Shown here piece after piece: positions 11,092 to 19,050 of a stretch of 22,485 nucleotides of DNA. The first letter of the stretch is position 1. Each line of letters begins with the position of its first letter. The position numbers and the translations under genes were made by a program. Under the pieces are notes generated by a model. The model was not told the DNA's origin. It did no database searches and was given only the letters and a program-made list of their open reading frames with translations. Source of the DNA: Fidelibacterota bacterium (lineage in GTDB: Bacteria > Fidelibacterota > Marinisomatia > Marinisomatales > S15-B10); contig JBHIAI010000016.1 of NCBI GenBank assembly GCA_046861655.1, forward strand, positions 1-22,485. Direction: 5' to 3'.

Positions 11092-14000
11092 CAGTCTATC
11101 CAAACGTTCTGCTCGCCGTAGATTCCCCTGAGTTTGGACAGAAGGGTCTTATCGGGGGACACCGTAACCTTCCGGCTGAGGATCTTTCTATCGTTTCCTT
11201 CGGCATCGTGAACGTGAAAGTACAATGGGGATGTGCCTGCATGCTTCCGTGCCAGTTTCAACAGGGAGTCCACATCTTCCACCTTCATTTTGTCCACTTC
11301 CATGAGGATGTTCACTTTTCTGATGGCCTCATGGCGAATGTCATCCAGGGACTGAAGGGTCTCCCCGATAATCTTTGGGGTGTCATCATCCAGACGGGTG
11401 GTAGGGCGACCTTTGACAAAAACCAGGCTCTCTTCCTTTAGGAGCTTCTTGTATGTGAGGAAGGTGTCATGGAATACCAGCACCTCCATTTTTCCTCCCA
11501 GACAATCCAGACTGAAAAAGGCCATCTGTTGATTCTTTTTGTCAAAATGGTGTTTCAGGTCGTGGATGACCCCTCCCACTCGAATCTCCTTGAGTTGCAT
11601 CTCATCTGTATCACCTGAGAAATCGTAATTGGAAAAGTTCTCCAGTTCACGGGCGTACTTCAGAAGGGGGTGGCCGGTGAGGTAGAAACCCATCACCTCC
11701 TTCTCTCTCTTAAGTTTCTCAGACTCAGACCAGTCGTCGAGGTCCCGGAGTGAGGGACCAGCGTGAACTATGGATTCGGATCTTCCTTTCCGGGCGAACA
11801 GAGAGAACTGGTCATCGTGAGCTTCCGCCTGGACCTGTTGGGCGTACCGGAGGGCAGATTCTACGGCGGCGTACTGTTGGGCCCTGTTCCCCTCAAGAGA
11901 GTCCATAGCTCCCGCGGAAATGAGGCTTTCGATCACTTTCTTGTTCACCAGTCTCAAGTCCAGATATTTGCAGAAATCAAAAAGATCCTTAAAGGGTCCA
12001 TGTTCCTCCCGGGCGGAGATAACGTTTAAGAGGGCCTTGACGCCCACGTTTTTTATGGCATTCAGGCCGAACGATATAGTGTGCTCATCCAGGGCCTTGA
12101 AGTTGATATCCGATTCATTGACATCGGGAGGATTCACGGTGAGGTTCAATTTGTGACATTCATTGATGAGGGTCACCACACGGGCCGTGTTGGTCATTTC
12201 ACTGGTGAGGTTGGCGGCCATGAATTCCGCGGGATAGTGGGTTTTCAAGTACGCGGTCTGGTAGGCGATATAGGCATAGGCCGTGCTGTGGCTCTTGTTG
12301 AATCCGTATTGGGCGAACTTTTCGATGAGCTGGAAAATCTCCCGGGCCACCCTCTGGGGAATGCCGTTCTTTGCAGCGCCTTGGACAAAAGCCGTCTCCT
12401 GGGCCTTCATGAGGCGCCTCTGCTTTTTGCCCATGGCCCGGCGCATGATGTCGGCCTGGGCCAGGGAAAACCCGGCGATGACGTGGGCAATCTGCATGAC
12501 CTGTTCCTGGTAGACGATAATACCGTACGTTTCGTTCAGAATGGGCTCCAGGTCGGGATGGATGTAATCGATCTTCTTCCGACCCCTCTTTCTCCGGATA
12601 AAGTCGTCTATGTGCTCCATAGGACCGGGCCTGTACAGGGCGTTCATGGCGATGAGATCTTCGATACCGGTGGGCTTGAGTTTTTTCAGGTATTCCCTCA
12701 TTCCGCTGGATTCAAACTGGAAAACGCCGATGGTGTTGCCCCGGGAGAACGTACGGTAAACCTCCGGGTCGTCCAGCGGTATGGTGTCCATATCGATCTC
12801 GACGCCCCTTTCCTTGAGAAGGTCTTCCGTCTGGTCGATCACGGTCAGATTCCTCAGGCCAAGAAAGTCCATCTTCAGAAGGCCCAGGTCTTCAAGCCCC
12901 TTCATATCGTATTGGGAGGTGATATCTCCTTGCGGAGACTTGTACAGGGGGATGTAATCTGTCAGTTCTCCGGGCGCAATGACTACCCCCGCCGCATGGG
13001 TGGAAGCGTGGCGATTCATCCCTTCCAGGACTTTCGAGAATTCCACCAGTTCCCGGATTGTTTTGTCTTTGTTAACAAGATTCTGCAGTTCTGGGCTGAC
13101 CTTCAGGGCACCGTCCAGAGTAACACCGGGTCCCAGGGGAATCATCTTCGCGATCCTGTCCACCTGCCCATAGCTGAGACCCAGGACCCGTCCCACGTCC
13201 CGGACGACCTGGCGTGCCTTAAGCTTCCCAAATGTGATGATCTGAGTCACGGAGTTGTGCCCGTATCTTTCCTTGATGTAGTCGATAACCTCTCCCCGCT
13301 GCTCGTAGCAAAAGTCGATATCGATATCGGGCATGGAAATACGCTCCGGGTTCAGGAATCGCTCAAAGAGGAGCTGGTGCCGGATAGGATCGATGGTGGT
13401 AATCCCCAGGGTGTAGGCCACCAGACTGCCGGCTACGGAGCCCCGGCCGGGTCCCACAGGAATCCCCTTTTCCCTGGCGTGTCTCACGAAATCCATGACG
13501 ATGAGAAAGTAACCGGCATATCCCATCTTGCGAATGACATTCAGTTCATAGGTGAGCCGCTTCTCGAGGTCAGGTGTGACAGAGTCGTACAGGGCTTTCA
13601 ATCCCTCCCGGCAGCACGCTTCCAGGTACTCATCGGGTGTGGCTGGGGATACGTCGGATGGGATGGGAAAGGTTGGCAGGAGATTGGCACCCAACGGGAT
13701 TTCGAGATGACACGATTCCGCTATCAAGCGGGTGTTTTCCAGGGCACCGGGGTAGTCGGTGAACAATTTCCGCATCTGGTCCTGGGACTTCAGGTAGAAT
13801 TCAGGCGTGGCATAACGCTGACGTTTGGGATCATCCCGGTCCTTTCCCGTCCCCAGGCAGAACAGAATATCATGGGCTTCCCAGTGTTCCTCCCGGGCGT
13901 AGTGACAGTCGTTGGTGGCCACAAGGGGAAGGTCCAGCTCTTTGCCCAGTTTGGCTACCACTTGACGGGAGGTCTCTTCTTCAGGGATGTCGTGGTTCTG

Positions 14001-14531
14001 GAGTTCAAGGTAAAACCGTCCGGAAAAAATTTCTGCCAGTTCCAGAGCCGCCTGTTTGGCTCGCTGGTAATCGCCCCGGACTGCGTGTTCCTGGACTTGA
14101 CCTTTCAAACAGCCAGACAGGCAGATGAGACCCTCGTTGAACTGTCGCAGCAATTCCTTGTCCATCCGGGGACGGTAGTAAAACCCTTCCAGGTAACCTG
14201 CCGTCACCAGCTTAACGAGGTTCTGGTATCCCTTGAAATCCTGGGCCAGGAGGACAAGATGATGATTCCCCCATCCCCCTTCCCGTCGGGGCGTTTTGTC
14301 GAAGCGGCTGCCGTGGGCGACATAGGCTTCACACCCGATGATGGGGTTTATTCCTGCCTCTTTACCGTGCTTGTAGAACTTGATGGCGGAGAACAGGTTG
14401 CCGTGTTCGGTGATGGCCACCGCGTCCATCTGGAGATCGCCGATGGTGTCCAGCAAAGTGCTGACGCTCTGAGCGCCATCCAGAAGGCTGAAGTCGGAGT
14501 GATTATGGAGATGGACGAATTCGGAGGGCAT
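11091..14531 (-). CDS. dnaE: DNA polymerase III alpha subunit
   Basis: 1146 aa. The N-terminal PHP domain reads FVHLHNHSDFSLLDG. Polymerase-core motifs include MPDIDIDFC and LLKMDFLGLRNLT. The length and order are typical of DnaE1. Confidence 0.97.
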   Translation of the reverse strand: MPSEFVHLHNHSDFSLLDGAQSVSTLLDTIGDLQMDAVAITEHGNLFSAIKFYKHGKEAGINPIIGCEAYVAHGSRFDKTPRREGGWGNHHLVLLAQDFKGYQNLVKLVTAGYLEGFYYRPRMDKELLRQFNEGLICLSGCLKGQVQEHAVRGDYQRAKQAALELAEIFSGRFYLELQNHDIPEEETSRQVVAKLGKELDLPLVATNDCHYAREEHWEAHDILFCLGTGKDRDDPKRQRYATPEFYLKSQDQMRKLFTDYPGALENTRLIAESCHLEIPLGANLLPTFPIPSDVSPATPDEYLEACCREGLKALYDSVTPDLEKRLTYELNVIRKMGYAGYFLIVMDFVRHAREKGIPVGPGRGSVAGSLVAYTLGITTIDPIRHQLLFERFLNPERISMPDIDIDFCYEQRGEVIDYIKERYGHNSVTQIITFGKLKARQVVRDVGRVLGLSYGQVDRIAKMIPLGPGVTLDGALKVSPELQNLVNKDKTIRELVEFSKVLEGMNRHASTHAAGVVIAPGELTDYIPLYKSPQGDITSQYDMKGLEDLGLLKMDFLGLRNLTVIDQTEDLLKERGVEIDMDTIPLDDPEVYRTFSRGNTIGVFQFESSGMREYLKKLKPTGIEDLIAMNALYRPGPMEHIDDFIRRKRGRKKIDYIHPDLEPILNETYGIIVYQEQVMQIAHVIAGFSLAQADIMRRAMGKKQRRLMKAQETAFVQGAAKNGIPQRVAREIFQLIEKFAQYGFNKSHSTAYAYIAYQTAYLKTHYPAEFMAANLTSEMTNTARVVTLINECHKLNLTVNPPDVNESDINFKALDEHTISFGLNAIKNVGVKALLNVISAREEHGPFKDLFDFCKYLDLRLVNKKVIESLISAGAMDSLEGNRAQQYAAVESALRYAQQVQAEAHDDQFSLFARKGRSESIVHAGPSLRDLDDWSESEKLKREKEVMGFYLTGHPLLKYARELENFSNYDFSGDTDEMQLKEIRVGGVIHDLKHHFDKKNQQMAFFSLDCLGGKMEVLVFHDTFLTYKKLLKEESLVFVKGRPTTRLDDDTPKIIGETLQSLDDIRHEAIRKVNILMEVDKMKVEDVDSLLKLARKHAGTSPLYFHVHDAEGNDRKILSRKVTVSPDKTLLSKLRGIYGEQNVWID

Positions 14532-14538
14532 TACCTTT

Positions 14539-14819
14539 AGGAGTGGACGATTAGCATAGAATCAGAATTAGAAGCAAAAAGATGAGCTGATTTCAAGGCG
14601 CGACGACGAAGGAATATATGGGAAATATACTTCAAGGAGGAGCAACGAACAAAGCAGCCATATGTTAGCTTCCCTTTGGCCGGGGCCATTTGGGTCATAT
14701 TCTTTGTTACTCGTCGCTCACGTATCCTGGCCGGGGCGGGATACGCATCGCTCCTCGTGTCGCGACTATAACCCAAATTGCCTCCGCTGAATTGATTTCT
14801 GTGCTAATCCTCCACTCCT
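14539..14819. mobile_element. 281-bp non-coding palindromic element bounded by terminal inverted repeats (MITE-like or structured RNA)
   Basis: The ends AGGAGTGGACGATTAGCATAGAA (14539-14561) and the reverse complement of 14797-14819 (AGGAGTGGAGGATTAGCACAGAA) match 21/23. The interior is self-complementary around ~14680. TGGCCGGGGC occurs twice (14677 and 14728). There is no credible ORF. The element fills the gap between the prenyltransferase stop and the dnaE start. Confidence 0.45.
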
Positions 14820-14821
14820 TC

Positions 14822-15655
14822 TTATCCAAGGTAGACAGCAAGTAGTCCCGCGAAGATACATCCTTTTAGGATCTGTGATGAAACTCTACAGGTCCCGACA
14901 GCCGAAGATTTCATCAGCAAAAATACGATGAATAAAAGAGGAATTTCAATTCCGAAAACCAGAACGGTAAGATATCCGTAGCCGTAGATGCCCACCCAAT
15001 ACGGAACAAGGGCACCCAGGCAAAGAATACATATGAAGACAACGGCGAGACGGACGGACGGGACGAGCCCGAAACGAACGGGAAACGTTCTGAGTCCGGC
15101 CAGACGGTCACCCTCGAGATCGGCCATGTCTTTTATCAGTTCCCGGATCAGAGTAAACCCGAACGCCAGCAGGGCGGGCACCAGCATGCCCAACGGTTTG
15201 CCCAGGGCCGCACCCGAAAAGATGAAGGTCAATCCCAGGATGACAGCAATGGTGATGTTTCCCACCAGGGGCCATCCCTTGAACCACATGCTGTAGGCAA
15301 CCATGAGCGGTATGGCCCCAAACAGGGCGATTACAAAGGCGGACGGGGGCAGAAAAACGGAAACCGCTGCGCCGGTCAAGAAAAGGACCACGGAGGACCC
15401 TAACGCCGTCCCGGGGGAAACCGTTCCCCGGGGCAGGGGCCGCCGGGTCCTGTTTATCCGGTCGGTTTCCAGATCGCGAACGTCGTTGAAGGCATTGGCA
15501 GCCGCATTCAGGGTCACCACGGTGAGGACAGCCTTTAGGATGGAGCCTGTCTGGTTCAGGGCGTCCAGAACGGCGGCTGATACCAGGACGGTCAGAGTGG
15601 CGAGGAGCAGATTCAAAGGCCTGAACAGGACAAGAAGGGAAATGAGCGACCTCAT
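14822..15655 (-). CDS. UbiA-superfamily aromatic/isoprenoid prenyltransferase (short form, DGGGP-synthase-like)
   Basis: 277 aa, about 8-9 TM segments. The first Asp-rich motif is NAFNDVRDLETDRINRTRRPLPRG, and the second is KDMADLEGDRLAGLRTFPV (DxxDxxxD). The ATG overlaps the prmC stop (ATGA at 15652-15655). Confidence 0.8.
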   Translation of the reverse strand: MRSLISLLVLFRPLNLLLATLTVLVSAAVLDALNQTGSILKAVLTVVTLNAAANAFNDVRDLETDRINRTRRPLPRGTVSPGTALGSSVVLFLTGAAVSVFLPPSAFVIALFGAIPLMVAYSMWFKGWPLVGNITIAVILGLTFIFSGAALGKPLGMLVPALLAFGFTLIRELIKDMADLEGDRLAGLRTFPVRFGLVPSVRLAVVFICILCLGALVPYWVGIYGYGYLTVLVFGIEIPLLFIVFLLMKSSAVGTCRVSSQILKGCIFAGLLAVYLG

Positions 15656-16536
15656 CCGCTCACCTCAACCACCACGACGCGGTCGTCTCCATTGTAGTCC
15701 TGGTAGACCTGGACGTTTTCGAATCCCTGCTTACCGAAAACTTCTTTAACCCGGGCGGGGTGGGAACCCAGTCCCACCTCCACAACGGCGAATCCCCCCG
15801 CTCGGATCCATTTTCTTCCCTGAAGAGCGAAACGGCGGTAGAAATCCAGACCGTTGCCGCCGTCCGTGAGGGCCTGAACGGGTTCGAATCGTTTCACCTC
15901 ATCCATGAGCCGGTCCATTTCATTCTCTGGAATATAAGGGGGGTTGCTGACCAGAAGATCGAACGTGGTGTGGATATCATCCGTTTGAACATCCACCTGT
16001 TGGAACGTGATTCTGGATTCAACTCCATTCAGCTGGGCGTTTTCCCTGGCCAGTTTAAGGGCGGATGGATCCCGGTCAATGGCCACGATGCGGGCGTCTT
16101 TAACGTGGCGAGCCAGGGTCACGGCGACGCAACCGCTTCCGGTGCCGATGTCCACGATATCTCTTGCCTGCGTAGCCCTGGCTTTTTCCAGGGCGATTTC
16201 CACAAGACGTTCCGTTTCCGGGCGGGGGATGAGAACGCCGGGGTTGACTCTGAATGGGAGGCCGAAGAACTCCGTGGTCCCCGTGATGTACGCCAGGGGC
16301 TCCCCTCCAAGGCGCCGCTTAATCCAGGTTCTCAGGGTCCTGAGGCGGTCCCGTTCAACCGGATGATCGAATTTCAGGTACAGGTCCACCCGGGAAAGGG
16401 AGAGAAGATCTGTGAGCATCCACTCAATCTCTCTGCGGGGATGGTCAAAACTGCGAGAGGAGAAATAGTCCTCCCCCCAACGGATGAGTTCAATGATTCG
16501 CCAGTGTTTTTTGGGAAGGTCGGGACCGGGGACCAA
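15652..16536 (-). CDS. prmC: Release-factor glutamine N5-methyltransferase (PrmC/HemK)
   Basis: 294 aa. SAM-binding motif DIGTGSGCVAV and catalytic motif VSNPPYIP (NPPY). It lies directly downstream of prfA, the conserved arrangement. Confidence 0.9.
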   Translation of the reverse strand: MVPGPDLPKKHWRIIELIRWGEDYFSSRSFDHPRREIEWMLTDLLSLSRVDLYLKFDHPVERDRLRTLRTWIKRRLGGEPLAYITGTTEFFGLPFRVNPGVLIPRPETERLVEIALEKARATQARDIVDIGTGSGCVAVTLARHVKDARIVAIDRDPSALKLARENAQLNGVESRITFQQVDVQTDDIHTTFDLLVSNPPYIPENEMDRLMDEVKRFEPVQALTDGGNGLDFYRRFALQGRKWIRAGGFAVVEVGLGSHPARVKEVFGKQGFENVQVYQDYNGDDRVVVVEVSG

Positions 16537-16541
16537 CGGAA

Positions 16542-17612
16542 TCAGGCCACCGGGTCGGATTCCAGCCTATCTAGCTCGTGAGCCAGGCGGAGCTGGTCGG
16601 TGAATTCGGAGAGGGCACCGTCCAGGATGTCGTCCAGCTTGTAAAGAGTCAGGTCGATTCGGTGATCCGTTACCCGGTTTTGGGGGAAATTGTAGGTTCG
16701 TATTTTGGCGCTGCGGTCGCCGGTGGAAACCATCGATTTTCGGGCTCTGGCCCTCTGTGCATGTCGCTTTTCCTCTTCCTGGGCCATCAGTCTCGACCGG
16801 AGGACTTTCATGGCCGCAATCCGGTTCTTGTGCTGGGATTTTTCATCCTGGCAGGTGACCACAAGTCCCGTGGGCAGGTGTGTGATTCGTACTGCCGATT
16901 CGGTCTTGTTGACGTGCTGTCCGCCGTGGCCGCTGGCCCGGAAGGTGTCGATGCGAAGATCGGCAGGGTCGATGTCCAGGTCAATTTCATTCACTTCAGG
17001 CAACACCGCCACCGTTGCAGCGGATGTGTGAATTCTTCCCGTGGTCTCCGTGGTGGGCACCCGCTGGACCCGGTGAACGCCGGCTTCAAATTTCATGGAG
17101 CCGAAGACATTGTCTCCCTGGAGAGAGAATATGATTTCCTTCAGTCCGCCTGACCCCAACTCGTGGCTGGAGAGAACCTGAAGGGCCCAGGCGTTTCGTT
17201 CGGCGTATTGACTGTACATGCGGAACAGGTCAGCTGCAAACAGAGCGGCCTCTTCTCCTCCCGTTCCCGCCCGTATCTCCACAATGGCATTCTTGTCATC
17301 GCGGGGATCCCGGGGTAACAGCAGAACTCTGAGTTCCTCCTCGAGTTGAGCCTTCTGGTCCAAAAGCCCGTCCAGTTCCTCCCTGACAATGGCCTTGAGT
17401 TCAGCGTCGTCCCCGTCCAGGATGGACCGGTCCTCTTCGATCTGTTCCAGGAGGCGAATGTAGGTCCTTCCCCGGGTGGCCGCAGCTTCGAGTTCGTGAC
17501 GCTTCTTGGCAATCTCCTGGAGCTTCCTGGGGTCGGACGCGATGTCCGGGTCGGCCAGCTTGCGCGTCAGTTCGTCGTAATGACTGACGATTTCTCTTGT
17601 CTTCTCAAGCAT
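16542..17612 (-). CDS. prfA: Peptide chain release factor 1
   Basis: 356 aa. GGQ motif ([19 protein letters not shown]). The RF1-type recognition loop is [15 protein letters not shown] (PxT). There is no internal frameshift site. Confidence 0.97.
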   Translation of the reverse strand: MLEKTREIVSHYDELTRKLADPDIASDPRKLQEIAKKRHELEAAATRGRTYIRLLEQIEEDRSILDGDDAELKAIVREELDGLLDQKAQLEEELRVLLLPRDPRDDKNAIVEIRAGTGGEEAALFAADLFRMYSQYAERNAWALQVLSSHELGSGGLKEIIFSLQGDNVFGSMKFEAGVHRVQRVPTTETTGRIHTSAATVAVLPEVNEIDLDIDPADLRIDTFRASGHGGQHVNKTESAVRITHLPTGLVVTCQDEKSQHKNRIAAMKVLRSRLMAQEEEKRHAQRARARKSMVSTGDRSAKIRTYNFPQNRVTDHRIDLTLYKLDDILDGALSEFTDQLRLAHELDRLESDPVA

Positions 17613-17826
17613 TTTCTGATGGTTTCTTACCCCGTCTGTATTTCCTCTCGAATTTCTCGATTCTGCCCGCGCTGTCTACCAGCTTCTGTTTTCCCGTGAA
17701 AAACGGGTGGCAGGCCGAACAGATCTCCACCCGCATGTCCCCTACTGTGCTTCGCACCTGGAAGGTGTTTCCGCAAGAACAGGTTACCGTACCTAGTTTG
17801 TAGTCTGGATGAATATCCTTCTTCAT
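17605..17826 (-). CDS. rpmE: 50S ribosomal protein L31 (Zn-ribbon type)
   Basis: 73 aa: [27 protein letters not shown]...[13 protein letters not shown], with CxC...CxxC. Its stop overlaps the prfA start by 8 nt. Confidence 0.95.
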   Translation of the reverse strand: MKKDIHPDYKLGTVTCSCGNTFQVRSTVGDMRVEICSACHPFFTGKQKLVDSAGRIEKFERKYRRGKKPSENA

Positions 17827-17837
17827 GGTAAGGTCCT

Positions 17838-19022
17838 TTATGTTAACTCAGCCAGGGCCACTTTAATCCTTTCCAGCCCTTTCAGGAATGTTTCAGTTTT
17901 TGTTGCGTAGGAAAGCCGAATATGTCCTTCCGCGCCGAAACCGGCTCCGGCCACCGTGACCGTCCGGGCACGATCCAAAATATAATCACTGAGCGCAAAT
18001 GACGTGTCGATTTTCTTCCCCCCCGCCTTCCTGCCCAGGTAATGGCCCACGTCTGGGAACACGTAGAATGCGCCCCCCGGGCGAGGGCAGGAGATATGGG
18101 GAATCTCATTAATGGCTTTGACCATCTCGTTTCGCCGTTCGCGGAAAAGGTCGACCGCCCGCTGGACCGCCCCCTGGTCACCGAGCAGAGCTTCAATGGC
18201 CGCCATCTGCCCCATGGCGTTGGGGCAAGAGGTCATCTGGCCCTGGATCTTGGCCATCCCCTTTATGATGTCGGGATGGCCAGCGGCATACCCGATCCGC
18301 CAGCCGGTCATGGCATAGGTTTTGGATAGACTCTGTATGGTGAGAACAGTGGCTCCGCCAGGATTAAGCTTTTCCGTGCTGATGAATTGAGTGTCGTACA
18401 CCAGTTTTTCATAACATTCGTCTGAAATGACCACCCAGTCCCGGTCTACGGCATATTCCAGGATCCGGGTAATCGTTTCGGCATCCCACACCGCTCCCGT
18501 GGGATTGGAAGGGGAATTGATAATCATGCCCCGGATCCGGGGATTGATTTTCGCCTCCAGATCGTCAAAATCAGGGACAAAATTCTTTTGTGGAATTGTC
18601 CCGACCATGACCGGTTCAGCGTCGGCCAGACGGACGAATTCCGGAAACGATACCCAGTAGGGAGTGAAAATGATGACTTGGTCCCCGGAATCAAAGAGTA
18701 CCTGACAGGCAGTGCTCAGAGAGTGTTTTGCGCCGTTGGAGACGATGATCTGTTCGGGGGAATACTCCATACCGTTGTCCCGCTTGAGCTTGGTCGCGAT
18801 CGCTTCCCTCACTTCCCTGAGTCCCGCTACAGGCGTGTATTTGGTGTACCCCTGGTCCATGGCCCGTTTGGCTGCCTCCCGGATGTTTTCCGGGGTGTTG
18901 AAATCCGGTTCTCCCACTCCCAGGTCGATAACGTCGATTCCTGCGCGGCGCAGTTCCGCCGCCTGGGAGGTCATTTCCAGGGTAAAGGAGGGTTGGATAC
19001 GGGCTACCCGTTTAGAAAGCAC
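17838..19022 (-). CDS. Class I PLP-dependent aspartate (aspartate/prephenate-type) aminotransferase
   Basis: 394 aa with a GTG start. [40 protein letters not shown], and the PLP lysine lies in [15 protein letters not shown]. Confidence 0.9.
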   Translation of the reverse strand: MLSKRVARIQPSFTLEMTSQAAELRRAGIDVIDLGVGEPDFNTPENIREAAKRAMDQGYTKYTPVAGLREVREAIATKLKRDNGMEYSPEQIIVSNGAKHSLSTACQVLFDSGDQVIIFTPYWVSFPEFVRLADAEPVMVGTIPQKNFVPDFDDLEAKINPRIRGMIINSPSNPTGAVWDAETITRILEYAVDRDWVVISDECYEKLVYDTQFISTEKLNPGGATVLTIQSLSKTYAMTGWRIGYAAGHPDIIKGMAKIQGQMTSCPNAMGQMAAIEALLGDQGAVQRAVDLFRERRNEMVKAINEIPHISCPRPGGAFYVFPDVGHYLGRKAGGKKIDTSFALSDYILDRARTVTVAGAGFGAEGHIRLSYATKTETFLKGLERIKVALAELT

Positions 19023-19030
19023 AGGGGGGT

Positions 19031-19050
19031 GATCCCGCCCGGGCGGGATC
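19031..19050 (-). other. Perfect 20-nt GC-rich palindrome / RNA hairpin between the Cas6-like gene and the aminotransferase
   Basis: GATCCCGCCCGGGCGGGATC is its own reverse complement and can form an 8-bp stem with a CCGG loop. Its first base on the mRNA is the G of the upstream TAG stop. It is followed by ACCCCCCT and the GTG start, with no U-tract. Confidence 0.6.

Noticed and set aside
11092-11103. Earlier ATG (MDRLM...) for dtd
   Set aside because: Dtd proteins conventionally begin MIALIQRV-like. The downstream ATG at 11091 gives that N-terminus and a 1-nt overlap with the dnaE stop. The longer form would overlap dnaE by 13 nt.
12081-14540. 819-aa plus-strand ORF, the second-longest in the track
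   Set aside because: It is exactly antisense to dnaE and in codon register with it. Its translation is low-complexity (G/V/H/L/Q-rich) with no recognisable motifs. Its openness is explained by dnaE lacking TTA/CTA/TCA codons. It is a shadow ORF, not a gene.
14537-14776. 79-aa minus-strand ORF inside the dnaE-upstream palindromic element
   Set aside because: It has no SD site, an R/S/C-rich non-protein-like composition, and lies wholly within the self-complementary element. It is most likely fortuitous.
14539-14819. Known small RNA gene (tRNA, 6S, tmRNA, RNase P) in the dnaE-upstream gap
   Set aside because: There is no T-loop GGTTCGAATCC-type box and no tRNA cloverleaf. At 281 nt it is too long for 6S RNA, and none of the conserved RNase P or tmRNA motifs are visible. 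I cannot exclude a family I do not recognise without an Rfam scan.
16542-17612. RF1 recognition tripeptide reads PTT rather than PAT/PVT; possible programmed frameshift
   Set aside because: The middle residue of the PxT motif is variable and the flanking loop is otherwise canonical RF1. The ORF is continuous, since the +1 frameshift is a prfB feature, not a prfA one.
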